From contig CH464491.1 in assembly GCA_000002445.1 (NCBI GenBank), positions 4,064,001 through 4,128,000 of the forward strand: DNA of 64,000 bases, read 5' to 3'. The notes under the pieces were generated by a model. That model saw nothing but the letters and a program-made list of their open reading frames with translations, had not been told where the DNA came from and searched no databases. The position numbers and the translations under genes are program-made. This document shows positions 20,474 to 31,920 of this stretch, piece by piece. The stretch comes from Trypanosoma brucei (Eukaryota). Within the stretch, counting starts at the first letter, position 1. Every line of letters begins with the position of its first letter.

Positions 20474-22348
20474 TTATACTGGAGAGTTGCGCGGAGTTAA
20501 TGAACTAGGGAAACTGTCCTCTTCAACTTCCCTTGCGTATGAACGGCTACCCCGTCGAGGCCGCAAGCATTCATACACAGTCGGTAAGGTGCACAAAGAT
20601 GATCTGTCTTCGCCGCTTCGTATCATCATTCTCACAACATCGTCAAATTCAGCGATTAGGGCGTAATCTTCCTTTTTCAAAGGAGCATCCATCCCGCATA
20701 TGACTGAGACACGAACGGCAAATGCTCGCAGGACAGCCTCACAAAGGTCCACAACAATTGTTTCTTTTCGTCCGCCCCATCCAGGGCGCCTCCTAGCATG
20801 GTCTAGCAGTTGCACAACGTGCTGGGTTGATTTCAGGATCTCTTCAACTTCACCCCGAAACGATACGAACGCGGTAAGCCGAAATGACCACTGCAGTAGC
20901 GCTCGAAGGAGAAGGTGACGCACAAACGCGTCCCCACCACTCGCAGGGCTGTGCGGCTCACCATCTAGCTGCAGCGCGCACAGCGGAATAGCACGAAAGG
21001 CAGCGTATGCTTTGTGGACACCCCTAACTTCAGGCTCCTTCTCTTGAGCCACGTCGGCACACATCCAGAGGCGTAGGAACGCCGCGTACGTGACCGACGG
21101 AACCGAGGAGGAAGGAGGGAACACATTACATTGTTCGGCCCGTGCAAGTAGCATGCCTACGTCAACTGAATTGGCCTTCAACACAGTGCTTGGCCGGATG
21201 TATAATAGCCGCGCAAGCAGCATTACGACATTTTCCGCCTTGGCCTCCTTACTAAACAGCGGTAATACATGCAAAAACGCATGGCGTGCAGAGCGGAAAC
21301 GGTTTTCTTCATTGCTCACAGCACAGTGGCAGCTGAGCAAAGCGACCCAGATCAGAGGCAAAAGCTGTAACCGACGCTGCTGAGGGAAACAGTGGTTATC
21401 GTGCACACCAGAACACGCTGTACCAGCCGCACTTCCGGGGAAGCACAATGTTGAGACGGCCAGTCCGCCATTGACCTCCTCCCCAAACCACCGGTTACAC
21501 CCCTCGGGTGACTTGACGTACGATAACAACTGTTTGTCTTCTCGAGGCATCCCGGCATGCGCGAGGATCTTGCACACAAGCTTAACATAGGTGGAAAATA
21601 GGCCGCGAAACGGAGCGTGCAACCGCCGCATGTCAAACAGGGGTTCAGTGTGATCAAGAAGTCCCCAGTAACACACACCTTGGCTGTAATGCACCGCTGC
21701 CCAGTGAAGCGAATTCCACATGTCACTTCCTTGAGATGCCAACCTTTTGTTTGCTGCCATCAGGGTACCGGATGCGGAGGCTGTGGATAAACTTTTCAGT
21801 ATTTCTTCCACATTTTTCGATACAAATATGCTGCAGGAAATAACAGCACCTATGAGGTCTTCACAATACTTGTCCGCAGTTTGATATAATGCAGTGAGAT
21901 GCAAAAGCACGGATGCATAAAATATGTACTCCACTATGCGACTTAAATCTTCCACCGATAGCGTACCGGTGTTCTCCCCCCAACGCTGCCGCTCAACGCG
22001 GAAGGATGTAAGCATATGATGGCAGTGATACGCAGCATACCTGGCTGCATCCTCTTGACGCTGAGATACGCCCTCGCCATCGTGTGAATGATGTTGGAGT
22101 TGTTCCTCACTGACACAATCCTCGGTCTCCACCATGGAGGCGTTGTGTCTCCCCGTCGAATCTATAAGACGCAAAGCCCTCCTGAGTGGTAGACGGTAGT
22201 GAGGAATATTAGTCCCTTGATGCTGTCCCAGACTCCGGTTGGTGCCGCGAACTAAATGTGCACACCGGGCTTGGATGAAAGTGGCTCCTGTCATTCTAGT
22301 AGCTCGTAACAGCGTAGCTCCCCCCGCGCAAGCAGAACAGTGCTTCAT
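20474..22348 (-). CDS. Hypothetical protein
   Basis: 624 aa, ATG start. Continuous ORF in the array orientation. No recognisable motif. Confidence 0.5.
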   Translation of the reverse strand: MKHCSACAGGATLLRATRMTGATFIQARCAHLVRGTNRSLGQHQGTNIPHYRLPLRRALRLIDSTGRHNASMVETEDCVSEEQLQHHSHDGEGVSQRQEDAARYAAYHCHHMLTSFRVERQRWGENTGTLSVEDLSRIVEYIFYASVLLHLTALYQTADKYCEDLIGAVISCSIFVSKNVEEILKSLSTASASGTLMAANKRLASQGSDMWNSLHWAAVHYSQGVCYWGLLDHTEPLFDMRRLHAPFRGLFSTYVKLVCKILAHAGMPREDKQLLSYVKSPEGCNRWFGEEVNGGLAVSTLCFPGSAAGTACSGVHDNHCFPQQRRLQLLPLIWVALLSCHCAVSNEENRFRSARHAFLHVLPLFSKEAKAENVVMLLARLLYIRPSTVLKANSVDVGMLLARAEQCNVFPPSSSVPSVTYAAFLRLWMCADVAQEKEPEVRGVHKAYAAFRAIPLCALQLDGEPHSPASGGDAFVRHLLLRALLQWSFRLTAFVSFRGEVEEILKSTQHVVQLLDHARRRPGWGGRKETIVVDLCEAVLRAFAVRVSVICGMDAPLKKEDYALIAEFDDVVRMMIRSGEDRSSLCTLPTVYECLRPRRGSRSYAREVEEDSFPSSLTPRNSPV

Positions 22349-22780
22349 ATAGGATTTGGTTTATGCAACTGCTGCCATCAAAAAAAGTCTTTATACAAGC
22401 AACGAATAACTACGAAGACCTATGATGCCTATCAGCGTGACACTCAATTACAGACAAACATCCACTGACGAAGGGCACGAAGATAATCAATATGTCAAGC
22501 AGCAACAAACCATACACAAAAACATTTGAGAGTTTCATTTGACACTCAAGCAGTTGAGGACACCCTATGTAAGGGTTAGGTTAAAATAACGTTTTGGGCG
22601 CCATCCTGTGCAGCAGTTGCGTTGTTGTTTTTTGACCCGCCCTGCCCTTCTTCTCCCTCTTCTTCTCAACACACACAGGGGTCGCTTAGTTTTAACCGCC
22701 TTAAGCTTTTCTCCAAGTTTGCATCACTGCTGAGCAGATTCTTCACGCAGGTAGGTGCTTCGCACACACTGCCCTGCCTT

Positions 22781-23788
22781 TTATGAACTCGTGCTATCAT
22801 CGTCATTTCCATCCTCATCCTCATCCTCACTCTCCTCTCGTTTATCAGATATTTTGTGGATGACACAGTAATACGCCGGCCCCCGACCATTATCTCGGTC
22901 AGGTAGTACAATGTGTCCAAACTCTGTCTTCTCGCCAATGGGTACTGGGGGATGCATTAGCTCCACCTGACAGCGCGTTCGTTTTAATGCCTCACGGACA
23001 ACTTCATCGTTTTCTAGCGGTGAAATGGAACACGTAGTGTACACAATACGCCCCCCAGGTCGACATGTCTCGATAGATCGAAGAAGTAACCCCCGCTGAG
23101 TGTGGCTTAGCTCCACACAAGCTTGTAGGGACCAGTGCAGTGGACTAACTGCATGCTTGCCACTGTGCTGGAGCAGTTGTCGTTCTCCCGTGCATGGGGC
23201 GTCAACGAGAACGCGGTGGTAAGTCGATGGGTCGTGCCAAGTTTCTGGTTTGCGCTGTGTAACAGTTACAGGGACGTAATTGCTAGGCACGTACTCCTTG
23301 ATGTTGCGGCGCAAACGGGCACAGCGGTCACCGCGCTGCTCATTGGCGGTTAATGAAGCACTATTAGATAGGAACTGGGAAATTGCTATGGATTTACCGC
23401 CCACTCCCGCACAGAGATCAAGAACAAGGTCAAATTGTTGTACGCCTAGTAGCTCTACAGCCAGTGCAGTTGTGTAATCTAAGGGATAGTGCGCCTTTAC
23501 ATTGAATTCATCAATGGCCGGTGGGGGCATCTCACCACTTCCCAGTGGGCTAAACAACTGAAGAAGCAAGGCGTCGTCAACGCGCTTCACGTCCCCCATA
23601 GCACTTTCAAAGGGGAGCTTAACAAATTTGTTCCAGAGAACAGACCTGTCGCAAGCCGGTGCGCACAGTGCCTTGCGGAGCGCTGCCCAGCGTTCCCCGT
23701 AATGACTGCCGTAAAAGTCCTCAAATGTTTCGCTCTTCCGCAGTCCGTTGGTGTTACTTCTTCGGTTCCCTTTCCTTCTCGAGTGCAT
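22781..23788 (-). CDS. NOL1/NOP2/Sun-family RNA (cytosine-5)-methyltransferase
   Basis: 335 aa, ATG start. SAM-binding DLCAGVGGKS, motif IV VLVDAPCTGERQ (Pro-Cys), motif VI VYTTCSISPLEN (Thr-Cys nucleophile). Acidic C-terminus. Confidence 0.8.
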   Translation of the reverse strand: MHSRRKGNRRSNTNGLRKSETFEDFYGSHYGERWAALRKALCAPACDRSVLWNKFVKLPFESAMGDVKRVDDALLLQLFSPLGSGEMPPPAIDEFNVKAHYPLDYTTALAVELLGVQQFDLVLDLCAGVGGKSIAISQFLSNSASLTANEQRGDRCARLRRNIKEYVPSNYVPVTVTQRKPETWHDPSTYHRVLVDAPCTGERQLLQHSGKHAVSPLHWSLQACVELSHTQRGLLLRSIETCRPGGRIVYTTCSISPLENDEVVREALKRTRCQVELMHPPVPIGEKTEFGHIVLPDRDNGRGPAYYCVIHKISDKREESEDEDEDGNDDDSTSS

Positions 23789-24374
23789 TTTCTGGTTGCC
23801 TACCTTTGTCTCTTCTTAGTCACCCAATACAACTCCTGCTCGGGCCCTTTCCGAAAATTGCCTTTTGATACTGGTGAAATGATGTTGTCCCCAGCAGTAT
23901 CGCCAACGGAAGGTCCTCACTACCTCAGGCTGTGAGGTCAGCTGTGCAGACGAGTTGTGGTGGACTTTTACCAAACCTGTTTGCACAAGCGAGTGGGGCG
24001 CCGATAGTATGTGGAGACAAAATAGGTGGTGGGACGGATACACAGTAGAATAGCTTACAGCTCACCTCACGTAAAGGAAAAAGAGTAAATCAGCGTTAGA
24101 TGGAAAAGGGGGCCCTGAAGTGTTGATTCGCTCAGGTATTTTCTTTTTACGACCACTGCTGGTACCCCCCCCCCCAAATAGTCACTACCAGTGAATCTTT
24201 TGCCGTCTGCTCCGCCGGTTTGCATCGTGCTTCCAGGAACAGAACCCTCCGCTCCTGCGCCCTTTCCCCCCGTCCAACCTCTCTTCCCCCCCTCGCCGGT
24301 TTATTAACTCAGAGAGGATGTAGAGAGCTAGTAGCCACCCATTCACAACATTCACCGCCCAACAACCGTTTTAA

Positions 24375-25562
24375 TCACGATGCATCTTCCCCGTTACCTG
24401 TCGAAGGAGTAATACTCCCATCGCCAAGACCCACCACTTCTTGCAAATTAGAATAGGGTGGAGGCGTGTACCGTATCGCCATATAGTTGTCTCCGCGCAG
24501 CGGTTTCTGCAGTTGGTCAATCATGGAAGCCTTCATCCATGCACATCCAGTAGCAGGATCCGCTAACTGCGCCCATGCACGATCAATAGGGTCCGGCGAC
24601 TGCCGAAGGAGCCGTGCATCCCAGTTTCTCATGTACTGCAACGGGACCACCTGTGGCCCCTCGACGCGAATGTCCGAGGGGACTTCCGCTACAAAATAGC
24701 GTACAGGAACGCGCCAGTAGTATTGTGGAACAGTCTGATACAGATGGCCGGTGGGGTATACATTTGAAGCATCTACGGTAATGCCCGTTTCTTCCCACAG
24801 TGTACGTATAGCCGCCTCTTTGTAGCGCTCGTAGAGCAACGTCCACTTTCCTGGGAGTTTTAGGGAAATAGGAGGAATGTCGGGAGGCCGTAGTTCACGG
24901 TTTATCCTGCGTAACATTAGCCACTCGACCTCACTTGAGTTCGCCAGCCGCCTAAAGATGCCCAGCCGTACGTATACAGGGTCTTGCTGTATAGCCGCCT
25001 CCATGAGCTTGTGACAGTTGAAAATGCCACGCTCCGAGCCAAAAAGGTAAACCGTAATATCCACATCATCCGCCGTCTCGTATGCCCCCCACTGCGTGCC
25101 ATCTCCTTCGTCGCTTCCACTGCCTTTTACAGCATTCTCAGAAAGCCTCTCTGGGTATGTGGGTTCCAATTCAATATGTACCCCAGTGCGATACTTCAGC
25201 TCGGCAGCCCATTCCCTCATCGGTCCTGACACCTTACGAGCGAGTGCTGCCTTCGTCTGCCACTTGTACACAAATGAATTGGTGAGGAGATCAAAGCGTG
25301 CTGGTGGATGCGATAATTTCTCCAGTTGAATGGTGCTCGTGTCACCTGCCGTCCCGTCACCCGACGAATGGGGCTGCTGCAGGTGTACGTCGAAGGGTAG
25401 TGCGTGCCCCTCCGTATCAAGCGCTGAAGCAAGCTCCCCCCGAAGCGCGTCATCATCGCTGATGAAGGCGCTGCTATCGATGGATTTGTTGTCACCAGAT
25501 ATGAAGCGACGCCCAACCGCCACACAAGGACGTGCAAGGGTGAAAAATAATTGCTTGCGCAT
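24375..25562 (-). CDS. Mitochondrial Nudix-hydrolase-domain protein (candidate MERS1-type mitochondrial RNA stability factor)
   Basis: 395 aa, ATG start. N-terminal presequence-like MRKQLFFTLARPCVAVGRRFISG. Nudix-box-like LPGKWTLLYERYKEAAIRTLWEETGI (degenerate REx2EExGI). It is the gene immediately downstream of the TUT4-like gene in transcription order (adjacent at lower coordinates), as I recall for the T. brucei chr11 MERS1/TUT4 pair. Confidence 0.55.
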   Translation of the reverse strand: MRKQLFFTLARPCVAVGRRFISGDNKSIDSSAFISDDDALRGELASALDTEGHALPFDVHLQQPHSSGDGTAGDTSTIQLEKLSHPPARFDLLTNSFVYKWQTKAALARKVSGPMREWAAELKYRTGVHIELEPTYPERLSENAVKGSGSDEGDGTQWGAYETADDVDITVYLFGSERGIFNCHKLMEAAIQQDPVYVRLGIFRRLANSSEVEWLMLRRINRELRPPDIPPISLKLPGKWTLLYERYKEAAIRTLWEETGITVDASNVYPTGHLYQTVPQYYWRVPVRYFVAEVPSDIRVEGPQVVPLQYMRNWDARLLRQSPDPIDRAWAQLADPATGCAWMKASMIDQLQKPLRGDNYMAIRYTPPPYSNLQEVVGLGDGSITPSTGNGEDAS

Positions 25563-26229
25563 GCGAAAATCCGCTAGTTACTCCCCGATACGCAACTGCT
25601 GCCGCACGTCGTGGGGTTATATTTGCCACTTGTCGTTCACAACACCACTCCCTTCTGATGTGTTCTCAGATTTTATTTACTTTTTACCTTCGAATAACCA
25701 AACTGATGCGGTAACACTTCTATTGTGGCAGTGCAAACTTATGTCACTCCACGTTAGTCAAACGTCGCCCTATGAAATGCGATGTGCTAATGAACTGTTC
25801 TCCCTTTGCTCCTGATCACAGCGGTCCTTTTGTTTCCAAAACGGCTTCGACTTGAAGAAAAAACTCGATAGGCTTCCTCTGCCAGCACTTCCTTCCGTCA
25901 CCGGGGCCGCGCTTTCAAACTCTCTAAAGCGAGATGAGGCAATATATAATCGGATATAGAAGGTGTCGGGAGACAGAAGAAAAAAAAACAGGGGTATCGC
26001 GCACAAGCGGGTAAACGCTAGGAATTGCAGACATGTAGAAGCCAGAAAGCAGGGTTTTGATTAGTGAGGTTGTGAAAGGGCACCAAGTCAAGGAAATTTG
26101 ACTAAATGCAGCCACAAGATTCTTGTTTCCCTTCTGCATAAAATACAGTAGATTAATGTGAATAAATGAGATACCTCCCTTCCCCTTTTCTTCACCGTGG
26201 TAAGGAACGTTCCCCTCTCCCCCCCCAAC

Positions 26230-27231
26230 CTAGACAATAGTGAGTAGCGCCGTGTCACGTGCCTTCTCCAAATGCCTACGAAGAAAGTCGCGCTTTAGCG
26301 GTGTAACGTTTCTACCAACATTCAGATTTAGTTCGTAGGGGTCCTCGATGCACCACTGATAGTGGACCTTTTCGCCGTTCATACGGGCAAAGTCTTCCGC
26401 GCTCTTTGTCCAATCCAATTCTTCCTTAGTTGTGATACCTGGCCGGTTCAATGAGATTACTTGTTTGTCCGAATCAAACTCATGAAGGAAAAAATGCAGA
26501 AAATCTAGCACCTGTGTTCCCAGCTCTAATCCCTCGTCTGCCGGTTCCTCCAGCGGGAGATGGGGTGGCAAAGGTTCAACGCGGGAAACATCGATAGTGG
26601 AAGGAGGCACAAACTGGAGGTGATTCCGCTGCAGTAGATAGTAAACTACCATTAAGTTGAAACCATAGGAAGTTATGCTTCCACCAATGACAGATGCGTT
26701 AAGTCCTGTTTGTTTACTCCACCGCTTGATGCTCATGCTCAACCAGCGACACGGTGGATTTTGCTCAAAATAAGCGCGAAGTAAGGCGCTATTTCGTACT
26801 CCATTGCGCCTGTACGCAGTGATGTCGAAATCCACAGCACCACCACCCTTAACACGCACAACAGGCACACGCGTTCGCCGGACCTCTTCCACATTCCACG
26901 ACAGATGCTTCTGCCTTATCACACGCGCTAATTTAGCCAGGATGTCAGCCTGCAACCCCTTAGCTACCTGAGTGGCTGCATCCCCACCTTTCCCATCCTC
27001 CACATCCGTTTTATTGAGCACAACAAAGTCCACATCGCTTCCCTTCTCGTGCACACCGTACACAACAGTGGAACCGAATGTATAAAGCCGCATCAGTGGG
27101 TCGACAGCGGCAACGCAGTCCAGCACGAGGCGGTATGTTGCGTCCACATGCCGAGTGTGTAAATCTTTCGAGACGAACTGTTTGAAGGAATTCACAAGAC
27201 TTCGGCCGACCACTGCTGGTGATGGTGGCAT
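26230..27231 (-). CDS. TUT4: Minimal terminal uridylyltransferase (Pol-beta-type nucleotidyltransferase, TUT4-like)
   Basis: 333 aa, ATG start. Catalytic motif YTFGSTVVYGVHEKGSDVDFVVL (GS…DxD) plus the PAP/Cid1-associated domain. The length matches the 333-aa T. brucei TUT4, which lacks an RNA-binding accessory domain. Confidence 0.75.
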   Translation of the reverse strand: MPPSPAVVGRSLVNSFKQFVSKDLHTRHVDATYRLVLDCVAAVDPLMRLYTFGSTVVYGVHEKGSDVDFVVLNKTDVEDGKGGDAATQVAKGLQADILAKLARVIRQKHLSWNVEEVRRTRVPVVRVKGGGAVDFDITAYRRNGVRNSALLRAYFEQNPPCRWLSMSIKRWSKQTGLNASVIGGSITSYGFNLMVVYYLLQRNHLQFVPPSTIDVSRVEPLPPHLPLEEPADEGLELGTQVLDFLHFFLHEFDSDKQVISLNRPGITTKEELDWTKSAEDFARMNGEKVHYQWCIEDPYELNLNVGRNVTPLKRDFLRRHLEKARDTALLTIV

Positions 27232-27754
27232 TTGACGTTGGCACTTTCACTCAACAGCGGGTTGGCGTACCAGCTCCTTCACTTGAAATTGATAATGAAC
27301 GACCTCAGCTCAGAAGCGAGGGGAAGCAAAAGGAGCAAAACTGCGAAAGGAAGGTGAAAGATCAGGGTCAGCAATAACAACATGACATATTGAGACGGAG
27401 CACGAATAATGAGCCACCAAAGGACATAAGACGAAGCAGCCTTCATTCCAGGTGAAAATATGAAATACCTAAAGCAATGTGTATGGATTTGGGGAGGGGT
27501 CACCCACACAGAAAGTTATTTCAAGTTCAGAAAATAAAAATGAGAAAAAATAGCTAAAAAAGGAAAGGAAATAATAACAAACCAAAAATGAAATCAAATT
27601 TATAGGCCCAACGACCGTAATAGCAGTTAAACTACAAAAAAGTAAAGGCCTCTCTGTGCGGTAGTGCCTCTATCCACAAGAGACAAGAAGAACAACCACA
27701 ACCCGTAGAAGGATCCGGTGTGAATTATAGTGCAAAGGTTGGGGTACTACTATT

Positions 27755-29314
27755 CTAGGTCTCCGGCCTTTCAACCTCCGAAATGGTCACCAACATATCC
27801 GTCAACTTTTCAGTGACACTCTGTGTTAACTGCTCTTCGAGTTGCTGCATTGCTGTTACCATTCTTTGAACGGTCTCCCGACTGCCCACCTGATAGCGCA
27901 CTACAACTGAGTTAATGTCCTTCACGTAATTACGCATGTGACGCATATGCTGCACCAACTGCCCCTGGTGAGAAGGCGGTTGATGTAACGGTGCATGGGG
28001 TTTGTAACATGGACTCGGCGAACCCGGAACGGTCGACCTCGACCCCCACACCTCAACCTTCTTCTGTTCAAGTTTCTGAAAAGGGCAAGCCACAATATCC
28101 GTATTGGGGGAAACACGGTTGTTGGGTGGGGCAGACTCACATTCCTTATTCGCTTCTCGTATTTCCTCATATTCTTCCTTATCCCCTTCACCTCTTCCTT
28201 CCCCGCCAGTCAGTGTGTTGTCATCGGACTCCTCCTCCGCGCAGTCACCATCGGCAGTAAACGTAACGCTTGGGGTGCTGAAGAGTCGGTGAGGAGCACC
28301 CGCCCCCAGTGGCCGGGGTGGGGGAGAGTGTGGCTCACAAGGATGCTCGGGGAGGAGCCGTGGCGGGGAATATCGCCGAGTTGGCAGACTTTGAGGGTTG
28401 GCGGTGGGGGGACGCGGGGGACCACCGTCAGCCCCGGCGTTCGGCCGACAAAGCGGGGAGTGTGGCGAGGTGCCTAACCTTACCGCATTCTCTGCATGGC
28501 GTCGCGACGACTTTTTCTGTGGTACAGGTGATGGACATCGAGCAAGTAGGTGACCCAGACGCTCCGCGTTCAGCTTGATGATGGACTCTGTGCGCGACAG
28601 GAGGCGTGCAGCAGCACGGCTAGCAGTCTGCGAAACAGAACTGACATGAACATCGAGACCGATAACACGTTCCGCTCGTTCCAACCCTCTTACAAGGAAA
28701 GCAGCAACAACATCATCCATGTGCTGCACGTCCAATACTACATGTACGCCGTTATGTTGTCGGATGCACGGTGACGGTGGCCCTGCGGCCCTTGCGTTCA
28801 GGAGAGCTGGAGAGCACAGTCTCTGGTATATAGGGTTACAGCACATGTCCATGTCGTTGGCCCGTTGTGCCTCACAGGCTTTGAGTGCAAAACGCCCATT
28901 TTCCCTCTCCGGTGCCCCTGATGGTGACGGCTGAGCCACGCGTTGGGCATGCGAGTACTCTTCACCGTTGGGAACTCTGCATCGCGCGTCAGTAGATGGC
29001 CTGGAGGGTCTGTAGGAAAGTGTGAAGTGAGCCAGGGCCGACATCAACACCTTAGACTGTAAGACACTGATGCCACCAACCAACCGAAGATACTGAAGGC
29101 CTCGACAGCGTGACGCACCGAGTAATACGACCTTAAGTGATTCCGGTGGGATGTATTGTGTGTGAAGAGTAACTGTAGTGAGTGAAGTGTTTGACTCAAG
29201 CATAGGTTTCAGCCACTGCGCCACAGGTAACGACACGGCACCCTGTGGCGTACTTCCTAGTGTTACTCTGGAGATCTTATTGTGAAAAAGCGCCATAACA
29301 ACCGCATGAATCAT
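27755..29314 (-). CDS. Hypothetical protein; possible LRR-like N-terminus, Pro-rich and acidic central region
   Basis: The ORF track starts at a GTG (29353); the first ATG is at 29314 (MIHAVVMALF…), giving 519 aa. The N-terminus has Leu-rich repeats (LKVVLLGASRCRGLQYLRLVGGISVLQS). PP/PR-rich low complexity follows. Confidence 0.45.
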   Translation of the reverse strand: MIHAVVMALFHNKISRVTLGSTPQGAVSLPVAQWLKPMLESNTSLTTVTLHTQYIPPESLKVVLLGASRCRGLQYLRLVGGISVLQSKVLMSALAHFTLSYRPSRPSTDARCRVPNGEEYSHAQRVAQPSPSGAPERENGRFALKACEAQRANDMDMCCNPIYQRLCSPALLNARAAGPPSPCIRQHNGVHVVLDVQHMDDVVAAFLVRGLERAERVIGLDVHVSSVSQTASRAAARLLSRTESIIKLNAERLGHLLARCPSPVPQKKSSRRHAENAVRLGTSPHSPLCRPNAGADGGPPRPPTANPQSLPTRRYSPPRLLPEHPCEPHSPPPRPLGAGAPHRLFSTPSVTFTADGDCAEEESDDNTLTGGEGRGEGDKEEYEEIREANKECESAPPNNRVSPNTDIVACPFQKLEQKKVEVWGSRSTVPGSPSPCYKPHAPLHQPPSHQGQLVQHMRHMRNYVKDINSVVVRYQVGSRETVQRMVTAMQQLEEQLTQSVTEKLTDMLVTISEVERPET

Positions 29315-29856
29315 CGCCGTCAGGCCCACTGCACAGACCTTGGTACCTAACACCGTAGTACAAAGTACAGAAATATATATATTTCTTTACGTATAGCGTG
29401 CGTTGAACCCTTGTAACTTGTTGGGGTGTGTGGGGTCTCAGTATCGCCTCCTGGAGTGCGCTGGGTGAGGAAGATAGTACCAAATTACAAAAAGAGGACG
29501 GAAAGATTACGGGATACAGGCAAAAGCGGCAAGAGGCTGAGAACACCAAATGCCCAGGATACTAACAGCGGGTATATACACCATAAAAATCAGACGCTGC
29601 TGGGGATAAAGGAGACCACTTGCAAAAAGAAAGGGGAAGGGATGTGCTTTAGGAACTAGATTCGTCATTGAAAAACAATAAAGAAAAACACTAAAGAAAA
29701 CCACTGGGTGCAAGTGAATGGTGCCACAACTGGGCCAACGTACAAGTGCACCAGCGCCAGTGGTAGTTCTTGAGGGCACAACCCGCGCACGTTCTATACT
29801 CAGCGAGGCGCGTACAAGTACTACAAAGGAGCGTGAAGATTGACGCTTATTCCCAG

Positions 29857-29858
29857 GC

Positions 29859-29891
<33 letters not shown>

Positions 29892-29900
29892 TGATATATG
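29857..29900. repeat. (TA)n microsatellite
   Basis: atatacatatatatatatatatatatatatgatatatgatatat. Confidence 0.9.
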
Positions 29901-31095
29901 ATATATCTCCTCCCGTGCTTATTCGTAGAGGTATTATGTTGAAAACTTTTGCGGGTCGGATACCTTTGTCGTGACGTCATGCGACACTTGCATAAGCTCC
30001 TCTCCAATGCCTGTCAACCGTTTGCTTTGCGCTGTGTGTGCGTCAAGGACCCTAATAAATACAAAGTGATGATACAAGGAAAAGCTTGTCACCACTCCAG
30101 CAGCAAATCCGGCGATTTTGATCCTGAGCATTTGGCTGAACAAAACTACTGCTGATTCTTTAGGCGAAACGCAGCAGACACCAAAATATATATATATATT
30201 CACACATACTTCGGGTGTATACAAATGCACCAAATATATGATGGGAGAAAAGTGAGATGTCACAAGGAAAGAGAAAAAAGCTGGTGAAGAGCTGAAGTGG
30301 AGGCAACGATGCATTCTTGCATCACAAAGATTCGCGTATGGTTGGCTGGAAATAAAACAAATACATGTGGAGGAGGGGGAGTGAACCGCTAGGAGGAGGG
30401 CGAACAGTGACGGAAAGTGTGGAAGAAAACTAATAATATTAATAACAATAATGGTAACAATAGAACCTTTTCCCGTGCACCACGCACTTTCTGATTTGCT
30501 GGCGATGCGCCCACCACTGATATATGCAAGCAGTCAGTTGCACAACACAACAATAACATCGCGCATTGGCGAGATCGTCAATCCCTCCTCGCATTCGCTA
30601 CAGTTGTTTCATTTTTACTTTTATTTCTCTCACAGAGCATATCATAAAAGCAAAGTCTCTCCACATGCATCTGGATCAATTCAACACCCCTCGCTAGACG
30701 AAGCCAACCGGTGCAAAAACAATTTAATGTAGACAAAACGAAGTAAAAAAAAAAGGAAAAGGTGCTCGCGCGTCTTCCTACACGCCATCTTCATTTGGTG
30801 TCTGTTTTGTTCCCACTGAACATGACATCACATCCCCCGAGGTTCGACGACTCGAGTTGCATGATACCACTTCATCGGAGATTTTTTCCCCACGCCCTTC
30901 TTTTTTTTGCTCATAACCTCCTTCCAAACCCCAGTGTGCGGCTGGACTAAACGCAATCATATGCCCAAACATCCCCTCCTCCCTCTTTATCACCACCGAA
31001 GACGACATTCTTCACGTGTTGGTAAGTGAGAGTTCTCTCGCCAGTATCTTCATTTTGCATCAAGGCAAGAACGCGCGCAGTAGAGTGGATTATTC

Positions 31096-31485
31096 TCAGT
31101 TGGAAAGGCGTACGGTGATATGATTCTCCCCATCCACAGAAAATGGCAAGTCATTCAGCGAGAGAGGGTCAAGTAATTGGCGATCTTCAAAAAAGAGAGT
31201 TGTGCGCTCATACGGCAAACCATCCACATCCTCCAATTGTGCCTTCAGGTACGACACCGTCTGTCCCATAAAATGTTCCCGGTGCTGTACGGAGCCATCT
31301 GGTAGGTGGAAGACAAGTTTCAGTAATTCACCGGCCAGTTCGCGCTCTTCGCCTGTGAGCTGATCAATCTGCGGTCTCTTCGGCTTTGGCTTGCCGTTTG
31401 CAGCTTCCTCAGCGTCGTCCACTGGGCCCTTCGGCGTTGCCTCCCACTCATCCGCAGAGTCACTGAAATCGGCTACCTCACTCAT
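31096..31485 (-). CDS. Small acidic protein with C-terminal ubiquitin-like (beta-grasp) domain
   Basis: 129 aa, ATG start. The C-terminal 75 aa align with the ubiquitin pattern (VSYLKAQLEDVDGLPYERTTLFFEDRQLLDPLSLNDLPFSVDGENHITVRL versus [51 protein letters not shown]). There is no GG terminus, so this is a Ubl domain and not a modifier. Confidence 0.5.
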   Translation of the reverse strand: MSEVADFSDSADEWEATPKGPVDDAEEAANGKPKPKRPQIDQLTGEERELAGELLKLVFHLPDGSVQHREHFMGQTVSYLKAQLEDVDGLPYERTTLFFEDRQLLDPLSLNDLPFSVDGENHITVRLSN

Positions 31486-31920
31486 CGGAAGGAAAATATA
31501 TTTTTTTTCTCCACTGAAACCCTTTTTTCTCCCTTATCAAGCTAATAGCTTACATTGCAGTGTAACACCATATATGATTTTCGGATGTAGGAAAAAAAGG
31601 GATAAGTGTGATTCACTTGAAGGCGAGAGTGAAGGGAGTGGATTGAAACCTTGGAATGACATGAGCACTCCCAGCAAGATACGGTAAAAAATTAAAAGGC
31701 GGGGGCTCTCCTGCTAGGAGTAGTGCGCGAAAGTCTGCCAAACAGCTCGATCTCGCTCAGTATAAACAAGCCTCCCTGCTCTCTCCCAACGCGAGATATG
31801 ACAAAACTTGACACCAAACGATTAGTCACGAGCGGGGAGCCTTGTCGTTGGCAAGGGACCAGCACACGTGAGATGCCTCTCCACAATGACAAACCAAAAA
31901 CTTCCCTCCCCCACAATTTG

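Noticed and set aside
29507-30314. 166-aa and 126-aa minus-strand ORFs between the 519-aa gene and the Ubl gene
   Set aside because: They overlap a (TA)n microsatellite and translate to repetitive YIYIYI / low-complexity strings. They are likely UTR.
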